A stretch of 63,975 nucleotides of DNA, filler included, from Thermoplasmatota archaeon (GCA_041623215.1; 5 parts of 5 records of this genome joined end to end with filler, not necessarily neighbours in it); one strand, 5' to 3'. Shown: positions 49,081 to 58,351, numbered from the whole stretch's first letter. Translations and numbers: made by a program. The notes: a model not told the origin generated them from the sequence alone.

Positions 49081-51174
49081 CTATTCCTCCTCCGCCTCCG
49101 CATTCGCCCCTGCCTCGCTGGTCTCGGCGGGCACAGTAGGCGGCGGCAGACCAAGGTCTGCGCGGGCCAAGGTCAGCACCGCTTCAGGGTCTCGGTAGTA
49201 GGCCTTGACCACGGTGATGAGTTCGGTGACGCTCCGAAGGCCTTGACCCAGCATCCAGTTGAGGATGATCTTGCGGTTCTCGAACTCCTGACGCTGCTCG
49301 CGTCCGTTCCAGTTCCGGTCCGCCGCAATCGAGTCCAACATGTACGACTGGCCCGAGTAAACGAATTTGTCCGTGGCCGGGTCCCACTTGAAGACCGTGT
49401 GCGTCAGCAGTTCTTTCGTCGTAGGGTCCAAGCCGACGAGTTCAACCACTTCGGTCACGCGACGCACACGCTTGCCATTGACGCGAACCTGCGCCTGAAT
49501 CGCGATGACGTCCAACGCCTGCAACACCAAGCGCGGCACGTTGATGGGTTCATTCTCCAAACGGTACACAACACTGCGGGCCGAGTCAGCGTGCATGGTC
49601 GCGTACACCGTGTGACCCGTCGCCATGGCCTGGAAAGCCACCGTAGCTTCAATGCCACGCACTTCACCCACGAGGATGTACTCCGGCCGTTGCCGCAGGG
49701 CTGCCTTCAGGAGGGCAAACATGCCGATTTCGCCGGAACCCTCCATGGCGGAGCCCACGCGCGTCACCGCCTTGATCCAGTTCTTGTGCGGCAAATTCAC
49801 CTCACGCGTGTCCTCAATGCTCACCAGTTTGACGTTGTAGGGAATGAATTGGCTAATGGCATTCAGGCCGGTCGTCTTACCGCTCGCCGTACCCCCACTG
49901 AAAATGAGGGAACGGCCATGCTGGACCACTTGCCAGAACCAAGCCATCAAGTCCACATCCATAGACCCGAAACGCATCAAGTCCATGGGCGTGAACGGGT
50001 CGTCACGGAAGCGACGAATCGTGAACGTGGACCCGTTTTGAGTCACCTCTTTGCCAAGCGTCGCCTGCAAACGCGAGTCGTCAGGCAAGGCAGCGTCCAG
50101 GATTGGTTCACTGATACTGATGGCCTTCCCCGACCGCTGCGCCATCCGAATAACAAAGGAATCCAGCTCATAATCATCCTTGAATCGGATGTTACTCGGC
50201 ATTGATTCCAACTGCCGGTGGAAAATGAACATGGGCTCCTCGGCCCCATCACAGGAAATGTCCTCGATGTGCGGGTCCTTCATTGGCACCTGGATGGTCC
50301 CCATGCCAAGGAAATCCCGGCGCACATAGTACTCAACGCGCCGCTGTTCTAGTGGCGCAAGGCGGACCCGGTAATCCTTGATGATTTTGCGCAACCCTTC
50401 CAGAAGGTACGTCTCCTTCTCGTCATCCTCCAACTGCTTCGGGTCCGTGTCCAAGCCGCGAATGAGAGCGTCCGTGACAAACTCGAGGATTTCCTCTTCG
50501 CGCTCAGACAACGGAGGCTCATGCGCCTCATACAGGGGCTCGCCCGTTTCCAAATTCTCCAAGATGCGAACGAAACTGAAGGGCTCCTCCACCGGGTAGA
50601 AATCCAATTGACGCCACTGCGTGGCATCGAAGTCTGGCACCGGCGTGACCGGCCCCTCCACGACCTCCTCCTGAATCTCCTTCCCGACGAACCAGTCCAT
50701 GGCCTTGCGGCGTCGCTCCTCCTCCGCTACCGCGTCGGCCGACCGCGCGGCTTCTAACTCCTGTTGCAGCCCACGCAGGCGGTCGGACAGGTTGCCCGTA
50801 GGCTTGGGCCCCTCCTGGGGCACCATGGCATCAATGCCCTGCGCGGAGCGCAACCGTTGAGCCAGGGTGGCTGGGGCAGCGGGGGCCGGGGCCGCGCCAC
50901 GCATACGGTCCGCCAAGCTGGGCGAGCGCGACGTTGCTGGCGCACCACCCGCCACATCCTTCGACTGCATGCGTTCAGCTAGGCTGGCCTTCTCGGCCAG
51001 CGCCCGCTCTACGGCAGCCGGATCCGCCTCGGTTACTTCCCGAATCTTAGCCTTCTCCATGCGGTCGGCCAAGCCGCCAGCGGCTGGCGCACCGTCATCG
51101 GACTTGGCAGCAGCGTCGCCGTTGTCGGCGGCCTCCTGCTTGGCCCGTAAGCGGTCCGCCAACCCGTCTGCCAC
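49081..51174 (-). CDS. Type II/IV secretion ATPase (PilB/ArlI/TadA-like)
   Basis: IEDISCDG, GGTASGKTT, SIEDTRE, LRQRPEYILVGEVRG, TGH...TMHA. Confidence 0.96.
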   Translation of the reverse strand: MADGLADRLRAKQEAADNGDAAAKSDDGAPAAGGLADRMEKAKIREVTEADPAAVERALAEKASLAERMQSKDVAGGAPATSRSPSLADRMRGAAPAPAAPATLAQRLRSAQGIDAMVPQEGPKPTGNLSDRLRGLQQELEAARSADAVAEEERRRKAMDWFVGKEIQEEVVEGPVTPVPDFDATQWRQLDFYPVEEPFSFVRILENLETGEPLYEAHEPPLSEREEEILEFVTDALIRGLDTDPKQLEDDEKETYLLEGLRKIIKDYRVRLAPLEQRRVEYYVRRDFLGMGTIQVPMKDPHIEDISCDGAEEPMFIFHRQLESMPSNIRFKDDYELDSFVIRMAQRSGKAISISEPILDAALPDDSRLQATLGKEVTQNGSTFTIRRFRDDPFTPMDLMRFGSMDVDLMAWFWQVVQHGRSLIFSGGTASGKTTGLNAISQFIPYNVKLVSIEDTREVNLPHKNWIKAVTRVGSAMEGSGEIGMFALLKAALRQRPEYILVGEVRGIEATVAFQAMATGHTVYATMHADSARSVVYRLENEPINVPRLVLQALDVIAIQAQVRVNGKRVRRVTEVVELVGLDPTTKELLTHTVFKWDPATDKFVYSGQSYMLDSIAADRNWNGREQRQEFENRKIILNWMLGQGLRSVTELITVVKAYYRDPEAVLTLARADLGLPPPTVPAETSEAGANAEAEEE

Positions 51175-51175
51175 G

Positions 51176-51973
51176 TCAGGCCTCCCGCCGCGTCTCCTCT
51201 AGAAGGGCGAGGTAATCCTCGGCCTCCGGTTTGGACATAAAGGCCGTCAGAGCGTCATCCGGCAAGCCGCCCAGGAGGCCGTCAAGTGCCCCGAGGACGC
51301 GGCCCACCCGGGGGTCGCCCGACGCCACGCCATTGGTTGCCGCCGCCTCCGCTTCTTCCGCCACGGCCTCTTCTTCGGCCAAGAACGACGCTTGAACGAA
51401 GGCCATTTGAGCATGGGGCAAGCGAAGCCGTGCCACGAGAAGCAGCAGCGCACCCAACAGGGCCGCCCCGCCGCCCACTTGGAGGTAGAGCATGAGGCTG
51501 TGCCCAACATAATCGGAATAAGAGTAAACGGCCGCCACGGCAAGGACCCCGGCGGCCAGCAACGCACCGCCCGCCAGACCAAGGCCGCGCCACAAGCGCG
51601 CCTGGAACGCCGTCGAGTCCACATCCAGTTCGGCATCAAACGCCTTGGCAACCGGAGTGGTCCGGCGCATCGGCACGAAGGACATGACCAGGTACGCAAT
51701 GCCGCCAACCAAGGCGATGCCGACAAACACCCACAGGTAACGGATGCCTGATTCAATGCTGACCAGGTACAAGCTGTCGGTCGCCCACTCAAAGCGGCGC
51801 TCTACAGCTAAACCGAGAAGGCCTGCCAGCATCACCAAAAAGGCAACCGTCCGGCCAATGCCCGTACCCATGGAAGCGACCGCTGGGTCCTCCAACGGGT
51901 CCACGGCAGCCTCGTCATCCTCGGGAGCCGGGTCCGTCGGTGTCAGCAAGTCATCTTCGTCTGGCAATTCCAC
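51176..51973 (-). CDS. Four-TM membrane protein, first gene of the pilus assembly operon
   Basis: Four hydrophobic segments; helical C-terminal motif LDGLLGGLPDDALTAF; 1 bp from the ATPase gene. Confidence 0.8.
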   Translation of the reverse strand: MELPDEDDLLTPTDPAPEDDEAAVDPLEDPAVASMGTGIGRTVAFLVMLAGLLGLAVERRFEWATDSLYLVSIESGIRYLWVFVGIALVGGIAYLVMSFVPMRRTTPVAKAFDAELDVDSTAFQARLWRGLGLAGGALLAAGVLAVAAVYSYSDYVGHSLMLYLQVGGGAALLGALLLLVARLRLPHAQMAFVQASFLAEEEAVAEEAEAAATNGVASGDPRVGRVLGALDGLLGGLPDDALTAFMSKPEAEDYLALLEETRREA

Positions 51974-52116
51974 ACCTCAGCGCCGCCCGGCGTAGCGGGC
52001 GACACCCCTGTCCAGCCGAGACCCCCTTTTGACTGGTTCCATCCATTCGTGCCCCCCACCGTTTCTTCTCTGTACCACAGCGTTAAAAGCATAGGAAAGT
52101 CTGGAACACCATACCC

Positions 52117-54165
52117 ATGACCCGAGGTGCTGTAGCGGACGAGCATGCGGTTTCAGACGTAATGGGAACCGCATTGATGCTCGGCATTACCATCACCATC
52201 TTTGCCGTCGTCGGCTTCATTGTCCTGGACCACTTCAGCGACGCCGACGATGCAACGCGGGTCAACGTCAGAAGCTACCAAAAGGACGATTACCTGTTGC
52301 AGCACAAAGGCGGCGACGCGCTCGTGCTGGAGAAAGGACACGTGATTGTCGACGTGGACGGCGAAGGCCATACAACAATTCCCCTGAAAGATTTCAAAAC
52401 GGAAACCGTGGACGAAACCGCCTGGCGGCTTGGCGAAAGCTTGTGCCTTAGTTGCCATACGTCCCTCCAGGGCAAGACCATCAACGGTGTGATGCTTGTT
52501 TACCGCAACGAAGTACTCCTCCGGGACGACGGCTTCCTCGCCACCAACACGGGCGGTGGCGGCGGCAACCTTGGTGGCCCCCCCGACTGCTTGACACACC
52601 CCAACAACGTCAACTGCAAGACCAACTGGTATGACCACAATGGCACGGGGCCGTGGGAAGATGTGGATGGCGATTTGGAATACAACTCGACCAAGGGCGA
52701 TATCCCCCGGCCGTGCAGTGACTTTGCCGACGGCATCTTCAAGGCGGAGGCGGGCTATGGATTGGTGATTCCGAAGGAGGCCGTTGAATGCGTTCAAATT
52801 ACGGCCCAAAAGGTTGATTTCTCGGCCGACCAAGGTATGCGCCTGGAAGTCAACCTATCCAGTGACACCGGCAGCCCATTCAACCACATTCAGATTACGG
52901 CAGGATACTCCGCCAGTCGCGACGCCAGTCTCATCATCACAAATCCCGACTACCCTCTGCTGTGGGAAGCCACCAACAAAATCGAATTGGTTGTTGATGG
53001 CAACATGATTCTCACAAATACGACCTTCAATGCCCTGGCAGGCGACCCCGACGAGCAAAAAGACGGCATCCAAATCAAGGTTAGCGGGGCGACACACCCC
53101 GTCAATATCTATGCCAATGGAACCAAATGGATGGCCCAAAAATCCATTGAGATCCCCCTCACTGCCGACCCCATTACCAAAGACTTCTATTTTGTCGGGG
53201 CTCAATTTGAATCCGAAAAGGCATCTGTGACGCTAAACACGCAAGGCGGGTCGCTACACATTGCAAACGCGTCCTTCATCACAGGGACACTCAGCGACTC
53301 CAAGCAGGACGTGACACTCATTGCTGCCCACGACCTTGACGGCACGGGAGCCCAGATTACAGCCGATGACGAGATTGTCATAAATTCCGGCGACCGCCTG
53401 ACACTTGAGGACGCCATCATTGACTCTGCCAGCGGATCCTACGTTCGGCTGGACGCCGGCGGCCAAATGGACGCCAACCGCGCCTACATACAGGCAGAGG
53501 GTGTCATTGAATTGGAAAACCTCGGCGGACCGATGAATCTTGATTCGGCCATCATCGACAGCACCAGCGGCGGCATCACGATGGCGGGTAGCGGCGACTG
53601 GAATGCCGCCAACGCCGTCATGCGAGCCGAAGACGACATCATCATCGGCAACTTTGCTGGCGCCCTCAACAGCGACCGCATCGACATCCGATCCACCGAC
53701 GGGAAAGTGACCATGACCTCCTCGGGCACGGCGGCGGTTACGAAGGCCCGCATCGTCGCGGTGGACCTCTTTCGGATAGCCACAGGAGGCAGCATCAACG
53801 CCAGCGAAACAGATCTCGACGTGACTGCGGGCCCACTCACGATTGATGGTCGGTCCGGATCGGTTCAGATTATGGACGCCAATTTCACGGCCGCTTCAAC
53901 CATTCATGTGTACGCCAAGAAGCCTCCGAGCGGGGGCGGCACGACGCTGGTGGCCACGGCGTCCGAATTCTCCGCCTCCACGGAAGTCAAGTTCTTCTCC
54001 AACGGCGCCGATTTCTTTGCCCAGGTGACCGCGTCAAGGCTTACGGGCCTAGCCAACGAATTGCTCGTCGGCGTCGTCAATGGAAACAACAGCAACCAGT
54101 ACTGTGACCCGCGCACAAGCGATGACCTCGCCCAAGGCGAATGCTGGAACAACGTAGGCTTCTGA
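52117..54165 (+). CDS. Large pilin-like adhesin with class III signal peptide and beta-helix-like repeats
   Basis: DEHA|VSDVMGTALMLGITI; HKGGD pilin motif; ~44-aa repeats in the C-terminal half. Confidence 0.85.
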   Translation: MTRGAVADEHAVSDVMGTALMLGITITIFAVVGFIVLDHFSDADDATRVNVRSYQKDDYLLQHKGGDALVLEKGHVIVDVDGEGHTTIPLKDFKTETVDETAWRLGESLCLSCHTSLQGKTINGVMLVYRNEVLLRDDGFLATNTGGGGGNLGGPPDCLTHPNNVNCKTNWYDHNGTGPWEDVDGDLEYNSTKGDIPRPCSDFADGIFKAEAGYGLVIPKEAVECVQITAQKVDFSADQGMRLEVNLSSDTGSPFNHIQITAGYSASRDASLIITNPDYPLLWEATNKIELVVDGNMILTNTTFNALAGDPDEQKDGIQIKVSGATHPVNIYANGTKWMAQKSIEIPLTADPITKDFYFVGAQFESEKASVTLNTQGGSLHIANASFITGTLSDSKQDVTLIAAHDLDGTGAQITADDEIVINSGDRLTLEDAIIDSASGSYVRLDAGGQMDANRAYIQAEGVIELENLGGPMNLDSAIIDSTSGGITMAGSGDWNAANAVMRAEDDIIIGNFAGALNSDRIDIRSTDGKVTMTSSGTAAVTKARIVAVDLFRIATGGSINASETDLDVTAGPLTIDGRSGSVQIMDANFTAASTIHVYAKKPPSGGGTTLVATASEFSASTEVKFFSNGADFFAQVTASRLTGLANELLVGVVNGNNSNQYCDPRTSDDLAQGECWNNVGF

Positions 54166-55520
54166 TGACGGCGCACTACCCCCGAGATGACTCCGGTGTC
54201 TCGAGCGTCGTCGCGGCCGCGCTCGTGTTCAGTCTGTTCGTCACAGCCACGCTACTATGGGGCATCAACACCCTGCCAGGCATCGTGGCAGACCGAGAAC
54301 GCGTTCACCAGGACGACGTCACGGAATCCATGAGTGCCCTACAAACCGGGCTCGACCGTCTGTCGGCGGGCGGCGATGAAGGCCCCATCAAGGTCGCCGT
54401 CAGGCTCGGCACGGACCCCGTCCCACTCATACAGCCCGTGCCCTCCAGCGGTGAAATTCAGTACCGCTCAGGATTCAATGTCACGGCGACCTTCAATCAA
54501 TCGACCTTGTACTTGGTAAGTGGCGACTTGCAGGGGACACCGGACGTCGTCGCCAACGAAACCATCCGCAACGTCACGATGTTGCAGCAGTTGCGCGTGG
54601 CGTTCAAGAGCAACAACGTGACCGGCGGCGCCATTACCGACTTTGTCTGGGTGGAAGCGTTTGCCAGTGACGGAACCACCAACGTATCGGCACGCGTGCA
54701 GCACATCGGCTACGGTGCAACCTGCCAAGGTCCAGAAGTGCAGGTACTCGTGGACAATGGCCTCATCAGCCGGACCAAGACGTTGCTGTGTCAGCAAAAT
54801 GTCGGCGAGAATGAACTGAAGAATTTCGAATTTGACGTCATGCGCGACGCCCCCGGCTTCGCGGCGGGCGTTGCTGGCCTTGAGCCCGGCTGGACCTTGA
54901 CCGTCTATGACAATGCGACCAATGCATTCGGCAACGCCACATTCCAGGCCATTTGGACGGACCTTGACGACCGTCTGCGCGTTCTGGGTGGCGGCCTCGT
55001 TGACAACGACTTCGGCGTGACCCGTCGTGGCGGCCACCTTGTGTACGAGCCCTCGAATCAGCGTTACGTGGACCAATGGCTTACGTGGGAAGGGGGCGGC
55101 GTCTTGGCACGTCAATCCGATGGCGTCGGCATGGTCGCCGACCCGGCCTTTAGTTTGGACCAGGATGATGACAATCAGACTGGGTTCCTGCGCTGGACGT
55201 TGGTGCAGCTCTCAGGCGCTGGCAGCCTTGCAGGACGTGGCACGGCGGCCGTCGAAGTCATCCACGAATCAACCCGGGACATCATCTTGACAACGGACAC
55301 GGTTACGTTCCAGGTGGATAGCTTCAATGCCCAAGGGTGGCACAAATTCTTCAGTGACCGCGCCCGGAGTAGCGACATGCGAGGCAACGTGACCCTCGCG
55401 CCGGCGTGGGACAAGCCCGAGGATGTGGACGGCACCGTCGATTTGACTCTGAACAAGGAAAAGAACAGGACATGGGTGGTTCAACTTCGAATCATTCAGG
55501 CCCGCGTCGAAGTGCAATAA
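54165..55520 (+). CDS. Minor pilin-like protein with class III signal peptide
   Basis: DDSG|VSSVVAAALVFSLFV...ERVHQDDV; EGGGVLARQSDG; TGATG overlap with the previous gene. Confidence 0.82.
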   Translation: MTAHYPRDDSGVSSVVAAALVFSLFVTATLLWGINTLPGIVADRERVHQDDVTESMSALQTGLDRLSAGGDEGPIKVAVRLGTDPVPLIQPVPSSGEIQYRSGFNVTATFNQSTLYLVSGDLQGTPDVVANETIRNVTMLQQLRVAFKSNNVTGGAITDFVWVEAFASDGTTNVSARVQHIGYGATCQGPEVQVLVDNGLISRTKTLLCQQNVGENELKNFEFDVMRDAPGFAAGVAGLEPGWTLTVYDNATNAFGNATFQAIWTDLDDRLRVLGGGLVDNDFGVTRRGGHLVYEPSNQRYVDQWLTWEGGGVLARQSDGVGMVADPAFSLDQDDDNQTGFLRWTLVQLSGAGSLAGRGTAAVEVIHESTRDIILTTDTVTFQVDSFNAQGWHKFFSDRARSSDMRGNVTLAPAWDKPEDVDGTVDLTLNKEKNRTWVVQLRIIQARVEVQ

Positions 55521-55574
55521 GCGGTAAGCAACAAGGCCTACTCATTATAATGGAGCGTCGGCGTGGCCAATTTG

Positions 55575-56267
55575 ATGGTGGCGTTGGAACCCGTACCTAC
55601 GGCCGACCAAGCCTTAGACGCAGCCCTCGGGGGCGGCCTACTGCCCGGCGGCACACTCCTTGTTTATGGCCCGCCCGGCACCGGCAAGTCAACGCTGGCC
55701 GCGCAATTTGCCTGCCATGACGCCAGTAAGAAGGAGCCCGGCCTACTCCTCTTGGCCGGAGAACCCATTGCGACCGTGAGCGCCCGGCTCACCACACAGG
55801 GCATCATCTCTGCAGGTGACCTCGCCGAAGGCAAGCTGCACATCGTCGACTTTCGTTCCGTCGCCCACAAGCTCAACGTAGGCGATGTCTGGAGCGACGA
55901 CGACCGCCTCGCAGTCGTGGACGCCATCGACGCTCTACTGGAGGCAACGTCCGCCAAGCGCCTGGCCATCGACCCGCTGGAGGCACTACTGGAGCGTTGC
56001 GATGGCCCGGTCGGCGCGAGGGACTTGGTCGGCCGCCTGGCTCTGGTCTTCATGGACCGCGGAGTCACGTCCTGCATCGCGGCGGAAACTAACACGGCCG
56101 CTCACTGGTGCGACGCAGTGGTATCACTTTGCAGCGACGACGCGGGAGTTGTCATGGCGACGGCCGTGAAGTCCCGCGGTCAGGCAAATACGCCGACTCC
56201 CATGGTCGCCACCATCAATGACAAAGGCATCCAATTCAAGAGTCCAGACAAAGGAGGTAAGGCATGA
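55575..56267 (+). CDS. KaiC/RAD55-like ATPase
   Basis: LDAALGGGL, Walker A GPPGTGKS, LAIDP, VKSRG; ATTATAA box 31 bp before ATG 55575 (alternative GTG 55563). Confidence 0.88.
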   Translation: MVALEPVPTADQALDAALGGGLLPGGTLLVYGPPGTGKSTLAAQFACHDASKKEPGLLLLAGEPIATVSARLTTQGIISAGDLAEGKLHIVDFRSVAHKLNVGDVWSDDDRLAVVDAIDALLEATSAKRLAIDPLEALLERCDGPVGARDLVGRLALVFMDRGVTSCIAAETNTAAHWCDAVVSLCSDDAGVVMATAVKSRGQANTPTPMVATINDKGIQFKSPDKGGKA

Positions 56268-57034
56268 GGACCATCCCCACTGGTATCGGACCCCTGGATC
56301 ACTTCCTTGGCGGGGGCCTGCCGGCCGGTTACACGGCACTGCTGCTCGCGCCGCCTGGATCGGGCGCCGAAATCTTCGCCAAGCAATTTGCCGCCGGCGC
56401 TGCTCCGTCGGTTTATCTGAGCACGGACGAGCCCGAAGCAGAGGTACATTCCACGGCCGCATCTGCCGGCTGGGACTTCGACGATGTCCAAGTGGAAGAC
56501 CTGCACGCCGGCTTTGCCCAGGCCATGCTCGACCAGGACGAACGCGCGGCGCGCCATGCCTTGTCGGGCCGCGCCCGCCTTCCCGGCGCAGACCTTCTTG
56601 CCTGTGATGGCAGTGACCTGCTGCCCCGCCGCGGCGCCATCGCCGACACCGACTTTCTGGGTCGTGCGCTTGGATTGTATCGCGACGGAAGCTCGCCCAA
56701 CCGCCTCGTCATCAACTCACTCGACTTCTTCTTCTCCTTGTACTCCGTTGACCGCGTGCTACGTGCCATGAATGTACTCAAGGCAAACAATAGTACGGCC
56801 GACGGCCAAATCCTCTGGGTGCTTGCCAAAGGCGCCCACGGCCCCGAGGTGGAACGCCGCGTCGAATTGCTGTCTGACTGTGTGTTGGAGCTTGAAATGC
56901 ACCGCAAGGGCACCAGCTTTGAGCGCTACTTCATGGTGCGCAAAATCAAGAACCGCAGTCACGGCATCGGCGTTTCCACTTACGAAATCGGACGCGGCGG
57001 CTTCCGCATGGAGACGCTGGAACGCATCGTTTGA
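56264..57034 (+). CDS. KaiC/RAD55-like protein with degenerate Walker motifs
   Basis: IPTGIGPLDHFLGGGLP; Walker A is APPGSGAE (no Lys); Walker B is LVINS. Confidence 0.85.
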   Translation: MRTIPTGIGPLDHFLGGGLPAGYTALLLAPPGSGAEIFAKQFAAGAAPSVYLSTDEPEAEVHSTAASAGWDFDDVQVEDLHAGFAQAMLDQDERAARHALSGRARLPGADLLACDGSDLLPRRGAIADTDFLGRALGLYRDGSSPNRLVINSLDFFFSLYSVDRVLRAMNVLKANNSTADGQILWVLAKGAHGPEVERRVELLSDCVLELEMHRKGTSFERYFMVRKIKNRSHGIGVSTYEIGRGGFRMETLERIV

Positions 57035-57074
57035 GTCCAGCCCCCTAGCCAGGCGGCCTTCCAGCCACCAAAAA

Positions 57075-57305
57075 GGGGCAACAGTCATATAGGGCACCCC
57101 AGTCGGCCGCCTTCCCGGCAGCACCCCACAAGGGTTCTGGCGGACAAACGCCCCGGCCACCTCGGTGGCCGGCGACCGTGGATGCCCTCAGGGGCCAAAG
57201 CGGTCATATAGGGGGGCTGGCTCGCCGGCCTTCCCGCCTGCAACCAACAGGAAGCAGGCACCCATGGGCGCCCGCCACTCAGGCGGGACAACGCTCATAT
57301 AGGCG
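57075..57305 (+). promoter_or_regulatory. Three tandem promoter-like units upstream of 16S rRNA
   Basis: TCATATAGG at 57085, 57204 and 57295, each preceded by a CAA-containing BRE-like segment. Confidence 0.65.
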
Positions 57306-57626
57306 ACCTATCTCGGCCGCCATCCGGGCCACGCACCCTGCGTGACCCGGAAACACGCACGCCCCGGTCCGTTGGACCCCGAGAGCGCCGAACGGCGCCA
57401 CGATGAAACGGCCCATCCAACCGGTGCGACAACCATGATGGACGTGAAACCCGACGAAAGCGCGACATGCGCTTGAGACGTGACCTCACGTACCTGAGAG
57501 ACGATGCAGCAAGGTCAAAACCATATCATATTGGTGACATGACCGGGATCGCCTCGGCGATACTCGGTCGGTCCGCTGATTCCAAGGGTCAACAACAAGT
57601 GTGTACCCCATGCTCGACATGGGAAA

Positions 57627-57984
57627 ATTCTGGTTGATCCTGCCAGCGGCCACTGCTATTGGGTTGCGCTTAAGCCATGCGAGTCGAGAGTCTTCGGGAC
57701 TCGGCAGACTGCTCAGTAACACGTGGAGAACTTGCCCTGCGCTGGAGGATAACCTCGGGAAACTGAGAATAATACTCCATAGTCCACCTCTCCTGGAACG
57801 GTTGGTGGATGAAAGCTCCGGCGGCGCAGGATAGCTCTGCGGCCTATCAGGTAGAAGGGAGGGTAACGTCCTCCCTTGCCTACGACGGGTACGGGTGTTG
57901 GGAGACATCGCCCGGAGATGATCTCTGAGACACGAGATCAGGCCCTACGGGGCGCAGCAGGCGCGAAAACTGCACAATGTGGGA
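57627..57984 (+). rRNA. rrs: 16S rRNA, archaeal (5' ~360 nt, cut by contig edge)
   Basis: ATTCTGGTTGATCCTGCC, TTAAGCCATGCGAGTC, ACTGCTCAGTAACACGTGG, GGCCCTACGGGGCGCAGCAGGCGCGAAA. Confidence 0.98.
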
Positions 57985-58084
57985 NNNNNNNNNNNNNNNN
58001 NNNNNNNNNNNNNNNNNNNNNNNNNNNNTTAATTAATTAANNNNNNNNNNNNNNNNNNNNNNNNNNNNNNNNNNNNNNNNNNNN
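57985..58084. other. Artificial contig linker
   Basis: N runs flanking TTAATTAATTAA. Confidence 0.99.
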
Positions 58085-58328
58085 GGACGTTGCGATAGCC
58101 GGTAATGTGAAGGTCCGGATGGTGTCCTTCATCCTCGGCAAGGTCTGCCACATCGCGGGCAAACGACATGGCCGCAGCGAAGTCGCGAAGCGTCCAATCA
58201 CGGTGAATCCAGCCGCCTTCGCGCCGCCAAAGTGGGCATTCCTGGGCGACGAGCCGGTCTGCTTGCTCACCCGACAGCGGCGGCACATCACCTTCACAGG
58301 GCTTGCAACGTCGACTCTCGTAGCCCAT
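58085..58328 (-). CDS. phhB: Pterin-4-alpha-carbinolamine dehydratase (3' truncated)
   Basis: CKPCEG, DFAAAMSF, AEDEGHHPDL. Confidence 0.9.
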
Positions 58329-58351
58329 GGTCAGATGATGGGGGCTGCGGT

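Noticed and set aside
48847..50205. Long antisense ORFs (e.g. 48847-50205, 40722-41795, 33051-34115, 5286-6437)
   Set aside because: Shadow frames of real genes, expected in high-GC DNA; no recognisable motifs
46212..57034. Archaellum operon
   Set aside because: Filament subunits are DUF1628-type pilins, not archaellins; no recognisable ArlF/ArlG or chemotaxis genes
55575..57034. Circadian clock
   Set aside because: Single-domain KaiC-like proteins without KaiA/KaiB; common archaeal regulators
57050..57310. Degenerate CRISPR array upstream of 16S
   Set aside because: Shared core is only ~9 bp with 91-119 bp spacing; better explained as tandem promoters
57486..57908. ORFs 57486-57908 (-) and 57601-57834 (+)
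   Set aside because: They overlap the 16S rRNA gene
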